A stretch of 35,187 bases of DNA from Bacteroidales bacterium (GCA_035389045.1 DAOORA010000048.1:1-35187); one strand, 5' to 3'. Positions 17,525 to 27,400 are shown, counted from the stretch's first letter. Translations and numbers: made by a program. Notes: generated from the letters alone by a model not told the origin.

Positions 17525-18622
17525 GGGTTTTGTTTATAAATTTTGATAACTTTTTCTGAGATTTGCGGCTCGCTGTGCGCTCGCCGCCACATAAAAAAAA
17601 TATATCATTAATGAAACCTTAGGCAGCAAGAAAGCGCGTGTGCAGGCTGAATTTCAAGGTTTTTGCAAAAAAAATACTACCTCCTGCCACTATAAAAAAG
17701 TCCTATAAATGCAGGAGTGTGGAGATTTTTTTTGCAAAACCCGTAGGGCTTGACCTTGCAAGAGCGGTGGCAGCTTAACTTTGCATAAGGTTTTATTAAT
17801 GAACTTCAAAGAAAATCTCTGTGGCATTAGGGTGTATTTTTTCTTTCTCTTCAAGGGTGGTTGGGTGGGGGTTGGTGGTAGCGTTGGCGGTTTTGGCGTG
17901 GTTTTTTGTTGTGTGTCAGGAAAAATAATATAGCTGTCGGAGGTACGGAGCAGCTTTATTATGTGCGGCTGCAAAAGTATAGCGAATGAACTGAGAGGAG
18001 CGTAACCGAGATCAGGTAGCGCAGCGGACTGTCGAGGTGGAGCGGAACGAAGTGAAGGAGCTATGCTTGCAGCAGCATGGCTTTACAAAAACCATGACAA
18101 AACCATTGGGTAAGGGCGCTTGGGATAAAAAAATTACGAAGTACATTATTGGTGCGATGGCAGAAAACTGATGAGGGCTGGCGTAGTTTTGTGCACGTGT
18201 TGCGGGAGCATCGGTGTGCTGAGGGCATAAAATCAGCGGGCGGCATTGGTTGCCACAAAGGAATAAGCTGCAATACCGCCGAAAGGTTTTGTTGGCTTGT
18301 GGGCAAATGCAATTATGAGTGAAATGAACGAAATCGAAATGAAATGTAGTGTTGCTGGAACGAAGTGGAAGCGTTAACGGAATGGAATGGAGATGTAGTG
18401 AATGAACTGATAATGCCATTACGGCGGTGAGTGATGATTTATTATTTTGAGGTTGGATTTATTGCTGCTCATGTATTTGTGTCCGGGAAGGGCTGCACTG
18501 CTGATTTTATTTGGGCGGGGAAACCGATGCTATTGGGTTTGGCAAAAACTATGACAGCCCGAAAATTACCATATCAAAGGGAAGTGTGGGTGGGCTTTTG
18601 TGCAGTGGCGGAGAGTGCGGCT

Positions 18623-18650
18623 ATTTTACATAATAACCATTATAACTGAC
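18623..18650 (-). other. dif/Xer-like recombination site 1
   Basis: Minus strand GTCAGTTATAA-TGGTTA-TTATGTAAAAT has an 11-6-11 layout. The right arm differs by one base from the canonical XerD arm TTATGTTAAAT. Confidence 0.7.
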
Positions 18651-18722
18651 AGGCAGCAACTCTGTCCAGCCTACCCAGCGGCGAAGCTATCGTTTACCTT
18701 ACGACCTGCTGCTTTCGCCTGC

Positions 18723-18750
18723 CTGTTTTATAATGCTTATTATGTTAGAA
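18723..18750 (+). other. dif/Xer-like recombination site 2, inverted relative to site 1
   Basis: CTGTTTTATAA-TGCTTA-TTATGTTAGAA has an 11-6-11 layout with a XerD-like right arm. Confidence 0.65.
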
Positions 18751-19261
18751 TAGCATACGATACTAAATCTTCTAAAATAGCGAATGGCAGACGGGCAAAA
18801 TACGTGGGTGCAAAGAGCATTTTGTCCCGGCTGCCTTAAAAAAATAAATTCATTAATAAAACCTAATTTTGACGACATTCCGGAATGCAAATCTTAGCCA
18901 GCGGAGAATAAATAAAAACGCTGCTCACTTTTTGCCTTTACTTTAAGAATTGTGAAAGGGAACAGGTTTAATTTGAGGAATTAAAGAGCTAAAAAGAGAA
19001 AACTAAGGTTATTTCACAGAAAATAAAAAATATAAGATATTATAAATCAACGCTTAAACCATTTATTTTTAGTTTTTCATTCAATTTTAACTTAAAAAAG
19101 GGGGTTATTTCACGGATTTTCAGAAATAAGGGAATACCTACGAAACTTGCGGCTGCCAATGGGCATAACCTTTTTCTCACTTATAAGTAAATTGAGTTAT
19201 TAGAAAAAAAACGTTAATAAAGTTAAATTATGTTAATAAATACAGCATTTTGTTAATAAAA

Positions 19262-19294
19262 TTTGCTTGTTCTGTCATAATTGTTGTATATTTG
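19262..19294 (+). promoter_or_regulatory. Consensus Bacteroidota promoter facing the 3' end of the DUF3800 operon
   Basis: TTTG (19262-19265)-N21-TATATTTG (19287-19294). Confidence 0.7.
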
Positions 19295-19297
19295 CAC

Positions 19298-19366
19298 TCA
19301 AGTTCATTCTTCATTCGAAGAAAGGAAATCGAAAAACGCAAAGCCTAGATGTTTTGCGTTTTTTGC
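19298..19366 (+). ncRNA. Candidate small RNA of about 65-70 nt
   Basis: It lies between the promoter and a terminator and has no ORF. It contains hairpin TTCTTC-ATTC-GAAGAA, then AAAAACGCAAAGC/GTTTTGCGTTTTT with a T-run. Confidence 0.45.
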
Positions 19367-19368
19367 TT

Positions 19369-19875
19369 TTAAAGAATCTCATTTAGTCTGCGATTATATT
19401 TTTTCATGATCTTATCACGCTTCGCATCCTTGCCTTTCAAATAATAAGCAGTTATCAAGTAGTATGCTGATCTGTCACGCAAAGGCTCAAAAATAATTAC
19501 ATACTTCTCGTCTTTATCATATAAATAAGTCCTTAAACCATCAGGTTCCTTAATTGAAAAAAGATACATATTAGAAGGCTTTCTTTCTTCAATATGGTAC
19601 TTAACCCAGTGCAATCTAACTGAACGATCAAGATCAAATTCCCTTTTTCTGGTGGCTTTATCAATAATAACAGTTGTAAGATGGGTAAATAGTGTTTCCA
19701 TTTTAATAACACCATCAGCAGGAGTGGGAGTAATTTGTTTGCCCTTAAACCTAAAATTCTCATTATTCGCTATATCTCTATTAAATATACCCAATAAAGA
19801 TTGTTTGCGCTGGAAGTCATTATATGTATTTAATTCTAATAAGCTATTATATGTTTTTAATAAATTTAATGGCAT
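19369..19875 (-). CDS. Hypothetical basic protein, possibly a BECR/RelE-like RNase fold
   Basis: Starts 2 nt after the DUF3800 stop. H-x-R-rich core (FTHL...R..D.DRSVRLHW) and a C-terminal YVIIFE...YYLITAYY strand pattern. Confidence 0.7.
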   Translation of the reverse strand: MPLNLLKTYNSLLELNTYNDFQRKQSLLGIFNRDIANNENFRFKGKQITPTPADGVIKMETLFTHLTTVIIDKATRKREFDLDRSVRLHWVKYHIEERKPSNMYLFSIKEPDGLRTYLYDKDEKYVIIFEPLRDRSAYYLITAYYLKGKDAKRDKIMKKYNRRLNEIL

Positions 19876-19877
19876 AG

Positions 19878-20561
19878 CTATCTTAATTCAATAAAAAATA
19901 AATTCAATTTCTTTGAGTGATTTGTGCATGTTAACGATTCCTTACTATGATTTTTTATTTTATCAATAATCTGTATTTTAGCGATATTTTGCTTTTTATC
20001 ATCGTTATGAAAGTATGAAATCGCACCCATCAGAAAATCTGCTAATTGCATTAGTAAACTTTCATAAGAATGGATATTCTGAACATTCCTAAACACTCCA
20101 AATTTTGTATTTAATATATCTTTTAATTTGTTAACTTTTCTTGCACTCAAAGTGTCTTTTATGTCCAGATAGACGTTGTAATTGTATAAGGTATTTATGT
20201 TATGATTAAGTAAATAATAATACATGGTATAATAAAAGTCATCGTAGGTTTTGTTAAAAGCGCCATTATTTATTGTTGATTTATTAATGCCAACAGCTCT
20301 GAATTTAAGATCTGTGGCAAAAAAATAATCAACAAGATCAATATAGAAACGAATTTTAGAAGATGACACGTACGACCATTTAATTTCAGCATAAAAATTA
20401 TGCTTCTTCTTTAAATTCTTAATATTTTCAGTATGTAACCGAACCTGGTTATATGCCGAACTAACTGATCCCAAAAACATAAAAGCCTTATGATCATTTT
20501 CGATATGACAACTTTCATCGCAATATATGTTGAATGTTTTATTTGCTGTTGAATTATTCAT
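19878..20561 (-). CDS. DUF3800 family protein (RNase H-like acidic motifs)
   Basis: NIYCDES, EIKW, VYLD and QLADFLMGA. Confidence 0.85.
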   Translation of the reverse strand: MNNSTANKTFNIYCDESCHIENDHKAFMFLGSVSSAYNQVRLHTENIKNLKKKHNFYAEIKWSYVSSSKIRFYIDLVDYFFATDLKFRAVGINKSTINNGAFNKTYDDFYYTMYYYLLNHNINTLYNYNVYLDIKDTLSARKVNKLKDILNTKFGVFRNVQNIHSYESLLMQLADFLMGAISYFHNDDKKQNIAKIQIIDKIKNHSKESLTCTNHSKKLNLFFIELR

Positions 20562-20642
20562 ATAAGCAATTTATTTTTGTGAGTTAAAAAGAAGATTCAT
20601 GTGGGGGAATTAATCAAATAATAAAACAATAAATTTTTTAAT

Positions 20643-22064
20643 CTAAATAACTCTGATTTCAGGCATTTCATCTGAAAATTCTTCATCTATCAAGTGTATC
20701 TGGTTTCGGACAATCTGACGTTTTTCAAGCGCCGGCTTTAAGCAGAATTCATTAAAATCTTCTTTGCTGATGTCGGAGGAACTGTTTACATTCGGAAACA
20801 ACAGTTTTAAGTAAGCCGTCGCAATTCTTTTTACTGCGGTAGTGTCCCGAGTGTCGGCCTTTGCCGGAACATCAATCAAATCATTGACAATAGTAGAATA
20901 AACCGGATTATCACGAAGTTCATGCATTATTTCTGAAAAATACTCAACATTTAATGTCCATCCGTTAATTTTTAGGTTTTCATTAATACGAGGTAATTTC
21001 CAACCTTCAATGAAGCCATGAAAACGATCAAGGAGGGCTGATTCCCGGAATGTTTCTGGCAATTCCACAAAATATTTGGATTTGACGGGTTTTTTATCAC
21101 TGGTTAAAGTAATATTACCCATAATAATAAGACCTGCCTGAGAAATAAGCTTCACATTGGCAACTGTTGTGTAACCGAATTCAAGATAACTTTTAAGGGC
21201 TGCCTGTATTTCTGTTGCATCGGAAAAAGTTATTGTCTGAATTTCATCCATGGTAACAAAGTCATATAGAGTGATTGCGCCCATCGACTTTTTTGTCATG
21301 TCATAAAACAGTTTTGCCCGCGTGACCTTGCCACCGCTAATCATCCAACCATATTTACTAAGGTTCCCGAAAATATAAGATTTGCCTGTACCCTTAGGTG
21401 CTAGTTCAATTAAATTCAGCCGGGGCTCAATAAATATCAGAATTCTGCTCAGGAACATAAGTTTCTGAGATAGAGAATCAAAACCATCAGGATTATATTC
21501 CATCGATCGAATAAGAAGATCAATCCATTCTATGATGTTAAAGTCTTTTCGAGCATTTCTGAAATAATCCAAATCAACTTTATATGGTTTAAAAGCCTTA
21601 TAGTTTACCAACTCAACATAACCTTTCTCATGATCATCGGGTGGCTGATAAACCAAAGTAACAACGCCCCAAATTTCACCATCCTTTAATTCTTTATTCT
21701 TTTTGGCTACATGTTCCGGAATTCTCCCTTCATTTGACTTAATGCCTAAATCTGGAATAGAAAAAAGCATTCGGTCGTTTTTCAAATCTGTTTCAACGAT
21801 AAATCTCGTCAGAACAACAACCTGTTCTCTATAAGTCCGCAGGCGATTTTTCAAATCATTATCCTTACCAGGAATATGGTTTTCTAAAAATTTCAGTACA
21901 CCATCCCGATCAAGATTACCGTATGAATCTGTGTATTTTTTAACCAGGTAATCTTTAATAAAAGATGGCAGATTCTTACCAACAAAAACACTATAATTCT
22001 GAGGTGTTTTTATTACTGATTCATCAGGAAATGCCTGTTTTATTTTTTCGTCTAATGTGCTCAA
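20643..22064 (-). CDS. brxL: BREX BrxL AAA+ ATPase without an evident Lon protease domain
   Basis: EWIDLLIRSM, NLIELAPKGTGKS, DEIQ, ESALLDRFHGFIEGW and RD..AVKR. Its start overlaps the pglZ stop. Confidence 0.88.
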   Translation of the reverse strand: MSTLDEKIKQAFPDESVIKTPQNYSVFVGKNLPSFIKDYLVKKYTDSYGNLDRDGVLKFLENHIPGKDNDLKNRLRTYREQVVVLTRFIVETDLKNDRMLFSIPDLGIKSNEGRIPEHVAKKNKELKDGEIWGVVTLVYQPPDDHEKGYVELVNYKAFKPYKVDLDYFRNARKDFNIIEWIDLLIRSMEYNPDGFDSLSQKLMFLSRILIFIEPRLNLIELAPKGTGKSYIFGNLSKYGWMISGGKVTRAKLFYDMTKKSMGAITLYDFVTMDEIQTITFSDATEIQAALKSYLEFGYTTVANVKLISQAGLIIMGNITLTSDKKPVKSKYFVELPETFRESALLDRFHGFIEGWKLPRINENLKINGWTLNVEYFSEIMHELRDNPVYSTIVNDLIDVPAKADTRDTTAVKRIATAYLKLLFPNVNSSSDISKEDFNEFCLKPALEKRQIVRNQIHLIDEEFSDEMPEIRVI

Positions 22065-24406
22065 AATAAGTCCTCCTCAATTAAACCGGATTTGATATTT
22101 ATAGTGAAAGATTTTTCAAAATTATCAACAAGAACTGCCACAGACAACTCTCCCGATAATGATTTATCCATGATAATTTCCCACTTATGGGTGTTATTAT
22201 TAAAATTAAGTTTTTGTTTTTTGCCTGAAAACTTCAAATAAGCATTCTGAGGCTTCGGCATTATAGTAAATGAAAGCAAGGGTTCTTTTTTCGAAATCTC
22301 AGTTTTTTCGATGGTAACTGAATAATCAATTTGGTTGGTGTCTTTTTTGTTGGAAATAATAAGTAAGGGAACCAGCACTTCCTCAGGGGTACATCCACCA
22401 TGAGCCTCCCTTATTGGCTTTTTACCTAAAGAATTGTGTTTTAGCGCAATTAAATATTCCTTTTGGTCAATATCAGATTTGTGGTAAATGTAATCAGAAT
22501 CCTGAGTATGTTCATTACCCTTTACCTCTATGAAACGCCCCTCATGACTATCTTCCTTGCCATATTTCTTAGAAGAGGCAAGTCTTGATAAAGCAGTTAA
22601 TCCGTGGTCTGAAACCAAAGCATATGTTTGATTTGAATCGAGAATAAGGCATGAATTCAATATGCGCTTTATCTCTTCCATTTCTTTAATTAACAGATCA
22701 GGATAAGAATATGTATTATTATGAATGAAAGAATCAAAATCCTGTATGTATTTAGCATCTGAAAAACGATTATGCTCAGTACTTGTCGGTAAATTAGCAA
22801 CGCCAACAAGTTTTTTAACAATCCTCAAATCTTTATTAGCCTGAGTTAGGTAATTTTCGATAAATGACACCCATTCGATTCCCAGGGCATCAATCCATAT
22901 CACCTTATCAACCTTGTTTGTATGCAATATGCTGTGTAACGATTCAAAGCTATGATACCAGTTATAAAACGAATCACTATTACCATTAAATTCTAATAAT
23001 ATTTTGTTCAGATTATCTGAAACCTTATCGCTCAGTTTAGATTTTTTATATTCAGCCAAATATTCATAAATCCATTCTTGGTTTTTACTAGTATTATCAA
23101 ATATGCTGGATGAAATATAATTAGCAATATCAGGGAATCTTTGGGATAACAATTCGTAATCAGATATTTCATTACTTACAAATAATGCAAAAATGAATTC
23201 TTTTTCGAACTGAAAACATCCTGTACAAACCATTAAGGCAAGGTTTTTATCGGGCAGTTCTTTAATTTTGTTCTTTAACTCGTTTATTACATCATCACTT
23301 AAGTTAGCAGATTTAAGGCATTCGTATTGTTTAATTAAATTTAATCGCTCACTTATAAACGACTCTTTCGTATCAAGTGAAAAGATGGCCAAAAACAAAT
23401 ACTTTAATAGAGTGTGATCTGTGTAGTCGGGTAAAGATATAAGAACCTTTGAAAGATATGTCTGTTTTAAAGAATCATTAGACACAACAAAATGCTGTAA
23501 TAACCATTTATCAAATTCATTGTCTGACTTTAACCAAAAATCAAGAAAATTATTCTGTGTTATAGAAACAACATTAAAATGTTTTTTTACACAATCAGTA
23601 AAGGTCGTAAAATCTTTATTTATTAGTGATGATAGCTTTTCCCAATGATTATTATCCTTAATAATAAAAGGAACAGGAATTACTTTATTTAAAACCTTTT
23701 CAATTAGGTTTTTAATGTTTTCAAATTTCTCAATAAAAAAAATTGAATCCGGTAAGGTATTATTATAAAAAATATTCAGCGGCTTTGAATAACAAATCAC
23801 ATCACAGGGGCTCTTTTTCTTCCAAAATTTTAACCATTCTTCTGTGTTGGGGATTGTTTCAATATCCATTAATTTCCCTGCTATTTTATCAGCTGATAAA
23901 AAAACTTTTATTGAATTGGGAGTTTCATTAGAAATCTTCCAAAAAGGGGCAGATTCTTCACTACGGGTAAAATCCTGAAAAAAATCTTTTTCAAACCTTT
24001 GTTCAATACCAATCAATGGTAAATAAATACGGCGTGAAATATCTGAATTTTCAATCAAAAGCACTTGATGAAAGAAATTGCTTAATTCTGGAGATGAATA
24101 GAACCGTACCAATTCGGAAAAAGGTACTATGGCCGTATCAACATTAATATTTTTTACAATATTTATAAGGGAATCTTTGGTTATCCATCCATCAGGGTGA
24201 GGTAACTCTCTTTCAATATGACATATATTAATTCCAATTTTATCCAGCCTTTCAATAAGCGCTCTGAAGGTCTCGAATCTTTGCAAAAAAATTAATCTTA
24301 CCGGATAGCGATTTGATAATATATTGCGAGTATGCTTGTCTGATTCAATTTCAGAAACTAAATCATCAAGGTTACTAAACTCTTTTATTTTATCGACTAA
24401 TTTCAT
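22061..24406 (-). CDS. pglZ: BREX type 4 PglZ alkaline-phosphatase-fold protein
   Basis: WIDALGIEW, LPTST, SDHG, HEGR and HGGCTPEEVLVP. Confidence 0.88.
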   Translation of the reverse strand: MKLVDKIKEFSNLDDLVSEIESDKHTRNILSNRYPVRLIFLQRFETFRALIERLDKIGINICHIERELPHPDGWITKDSLINIVKNINVDTAIVPFSELVRFYSSPELSNFFHQVLLIENSDISRRIYLPLIGIEQRFEKDFFQDFTRSEESAPFWKISNETPNSIKVFLSADKIAGKLMDIETIPNTEEWLKFWKKKSPCDVICYSKPLNIFYNNTLPDSIFFIEKFENIKNLIEKVLNKVIPVPFIIKDNNHWEKLSSLINKDFTTFTDCVKKHFNVVSITQNNFLDFWLKSDNEFDKWLLQHFVVSNDSLKQTYLSKVLISLPDYTDHTLLKYLFLAIFSLDTKESFISERLNLIKQYECLKSANLSDDVINELKNKIKELPDKNLALMVCTGCFQFEKEFIFALFVSNEISDYELLSQRFPDIANYISSSIFDNTSKNQEWIYEYLAEYKKSKLSDKVSDNLNKILLEFNGNSDSFYNWYHSFESLHSILHTNKVDKVIWIDALGIEWVSFIENYLTQANKDLRIVKKLVGVANLPTSTEHNRFSDAKYIQDFDSFIHNNTYSYPDLLIKEMEEIKRILNSCLILDSNQTYALVSDHGLTALSRLASSKKYGKEDSHEGRFIEVKGNEHTQDSDYIYHKSDIDQKEYLIALKHNSLGKKPIREAHGGCTPEEVLVPLLIISNKKDTNQIDYSVTIEKTEISKKEPLLSFTIMPKPQNAYLKFSGKKQKLNFNNNTHKWEIIMDKSLSGELSVAVLVDNFEKSFTINIKSGLIEEDLF

Positions 24407-24414
24407 AAAAGTCG

Positions 24415-27400
24415 TTAATTAAAATACTTATCAATCAAACTCAAAAATTGAGGATTTTCTTCAAGAAACTGAATAATTCTATTTTTCAGCTCATTTTCTC
24501 CACGATTGAAGCTCCTGACCTTATCAATAGTTTTTTTACCACCATTTGCAGGACCGTTTGGTGGAATAACAGGAGGTATATCCGGGCCTGAGCCACTCGG
24601 AGTATCATTTGGCGGCGAAGGTTGGGATTTATTACGTTTATCCCACTGGTACACTTTTAATTTCACACCATCCTCTTTCCAAAGACCAATTTCCTCCTGC
24701 ATATTTGAAATCAAATACTCATTTATTTCATCAAAGTTATCTTCAGAAAAAACAATGTCGTCATCAACCGACTGTAAAAATGAAAGGAAACCACTTCGGA
24801 AATTCTCAGGCTTAAGAATCAATTTTAAATCCACACGGGCATCTTTAATCTTATTCAATACACTTGATATCAACTTAACATCAATCTCATTTGTAGCATT
24901 GTATAACAATTTCAACAACTCATCAATAGCAATGGAAATATTATTATCAACCGAATTATATTTTAATGCCCACAGGGGGAATTTTGCTGTAGTCTTAACA
25001 TAATTGACTATTGCCCAGCGAGTATCAGTAATACTATTAAAATCTTTCAGGTCAAACAATTCAAAAAGAATTTTCTTTAACTCTCTTTCTTCTTTTGAAC
25101 CGAACCTGACATTTAACTTATTTTGATTTCTATTATCCTGCCAATAAGAGAATATATGCCCTATCAAATCCCTCATTTCGTCGTTTGCAATTGGACGGCC
25201 AACATCTGCAACATAAAGTTCTCCAACATATTTTCTCATAGCATAACCCATAAGGGCCATGTTGGGCATATTTGTATATACCCCATAGGGGGCTTCCGTC
25301 AAAAACCTCAATTCATCACCAATATTGAAAACAGGGCGAAGTTTTAGTTTTGACATTTTTTCATCAATCTCATCTTGTATGATTTTAAGGGTATGATTCG
25401 GATCACATTCTGATTTTATTAGAAGGTTGTCAGAAATAATATATTCACCCTCCTTATCTTTGACTATAGACTTTAAATAAGTATTTGGGCCACTTGAAGT
25501 CTTTTCCTCTAATTCAGTCCGGTCATCAGCATTAATAAATATCTCGGCTGATTTAATAGCAGCCTGAAATTTCCAAATATTTGCGTTACGAAATAATTCA
25601 GGAATATTGTCAATACCTTTTGAAAATATAATCGGACAAATTAACGTATTAATAAAACCGCCCACCTGATTAGCAAGGTGCTTTTCATCTTTATCCCTGA
25701 AAATAACCTGCACATATCTTGTTCTGATTCTAGTAAACCATTCTTCCACCTGACCTTTTGCGTAATTTTCGAAATTTGTTGATTGTTCCTCATAACTATG
25801 ATTATCACTAACCTGCTTTCTTGCCATGAAATCAATAAATTTCTCGTAGTTCTTTTCAGAAAAAGGTTCTTCAATTATTGTAAATATCACATTCTGAAAA
25901 TCATCATCCAAAGCAAAATCTTTTAATTTGGGCAATGCGGTCAATTGATCATAATCACCATTTGATAAAAACACTGCACATTTTAAGGAGTAGGGCTTAT
26001 TAAATGCCTTTGAAAGACGGTTTCGAAGAACATGCTCATTTTCAATATTGGCTGAGAAGAGAGCTATTTCAGATTCTCGATATATATTTTCTTTAAAAAT
26101 AAATTTTTCAATATCGCCATCAACTTTTGCATATTTTAGTACTGAAATTAAATCTTTAAACTGATTTCTAATATCCTCCTTTGCTTGTTCAATTTCCCTA
26201 ACCGGAAGAGAATAAAATTCAATAAGGTAGTCACCAGCAGGTGTTTTAGTAACAATACCATTTTCATCAATAAAAAACAATATATCTTCCAATTCATTTT
26301 CAAAACCAGAGCCAATAAAAAGAGATAAGATATTTTCAGAAGATGGGGTTATTGGACTAGCTTCTTCACCAGAAACATCAATCACCTTAAACAGAATATT
26401 CAGCAATAAAATACCTTTAAAAACTTTGGTGTAATTCTCCCCTTTTTCTTCAACCCTTTGAATATTCAGGCGATATTTGTCTAATACCTGATTGAATCTG
26501 CCTTCCTGATCGTTTTCAAAAGCTTCAACAAAAAAGTCCCATAAATAATCCGGTGTGAGCATGGGACTACCAGTTAGCTCTTTTTCTAAAAAATTTAAAA
26601 ATCCTAGTTCCTTATCATATAGAAACCCAAAAATACTTCTGTTGGTTGAACCCAAATTTCGTGCAATAAATGTTGAAAGATAAGCGGAATATGGATGAAT
26701 GGGAAAAAGGTCTTTTATTCTTGTTTTAGTAGCTGAACCATTATTATTTGTGAGCTTGCTTATCAATTCATCCCAAAGAGAAGAGTTATCAAATACTTCG
26801 CTTTGAAATTTACGCCATTTTACGGTGTCAATTTTCTTAATTGATGCACCCATAATGTGGTACGTTGTTATAGGTTCCATACGATATGAAATTATATGGA
26901 ATCTATCATTCATACGGGATAAATCTTCTTTTGGAATTGAATGTTGATGAGGTGTCCTATGGCTTATCAAATATAAAAAAATGTTATTTTTTTCGCTTAA
27001 TTCAGCAATATTCTGTATTTGATTTATTATACCTGAACTGATGGAATCCATGACAGAGGTAAATTCATCCCAAAAAATCATTATACCTTTTGCCTTGTTT
27101 TGGGCAATCAATTCCTTGTTAATTTCAACAAGCCATTTGGTAATATCCTCATGAGAAAAATGAACACCTTCCTTACTAAGGGTGCTTTCTATGACATTGA
27201 AAAAATCAATATCATAGGAATTAAGCTTTTTTAATATGTCGTTTTTATTTGAGACATATATGCTTAGTTCCTCATGTTTTTTAATAAGCAAATCCCAATC
27301 AATTAGAGGACTATTTACCTGTTCAATCATCCTTTCGAAATCACTTGTAGTAACAATACCCAAGTCATTAAACCCAGGAGAAGTTCTTATGGCTTTTTCA

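Larger units (their letters stand above)
17585..18835 (+). other. About 1.25-kb non-coding region of consecutive long imperfect inverted repeats (structured ssDNA or RNA)
   Basis: Five folds with arms mapped by eye (see findings). Several non-Watson-Crick positions are G-T wobbles on the + strand. Confidence 0.8.

Noticed and set aside
17690..18890. ORFs of 63-135 aa in the structured region (17690-17974, 18012-18419, 18061-18312, 18431-18649, 18600-18839, 18699-18890)
   Set aside because: Their composition is low-complexity or odd, explained by the palindromes and strand skew, and they carry no recognisable motifs.
19210..19240. Third dif-like site (AATAA-AGTTAAA-TTATGTTAATA)
   Set aside because: The spacer is 7 nt, the left arm is poor, and the context is very AT-rich, so it is probably chance.
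24530..24625. Pro/Gly-rich, GC-richer patch at the end of brxC as an insertion
   Set aside because: It is an in-frame low-complexity linker before a terminal helix, with no repeats or frame disruption.
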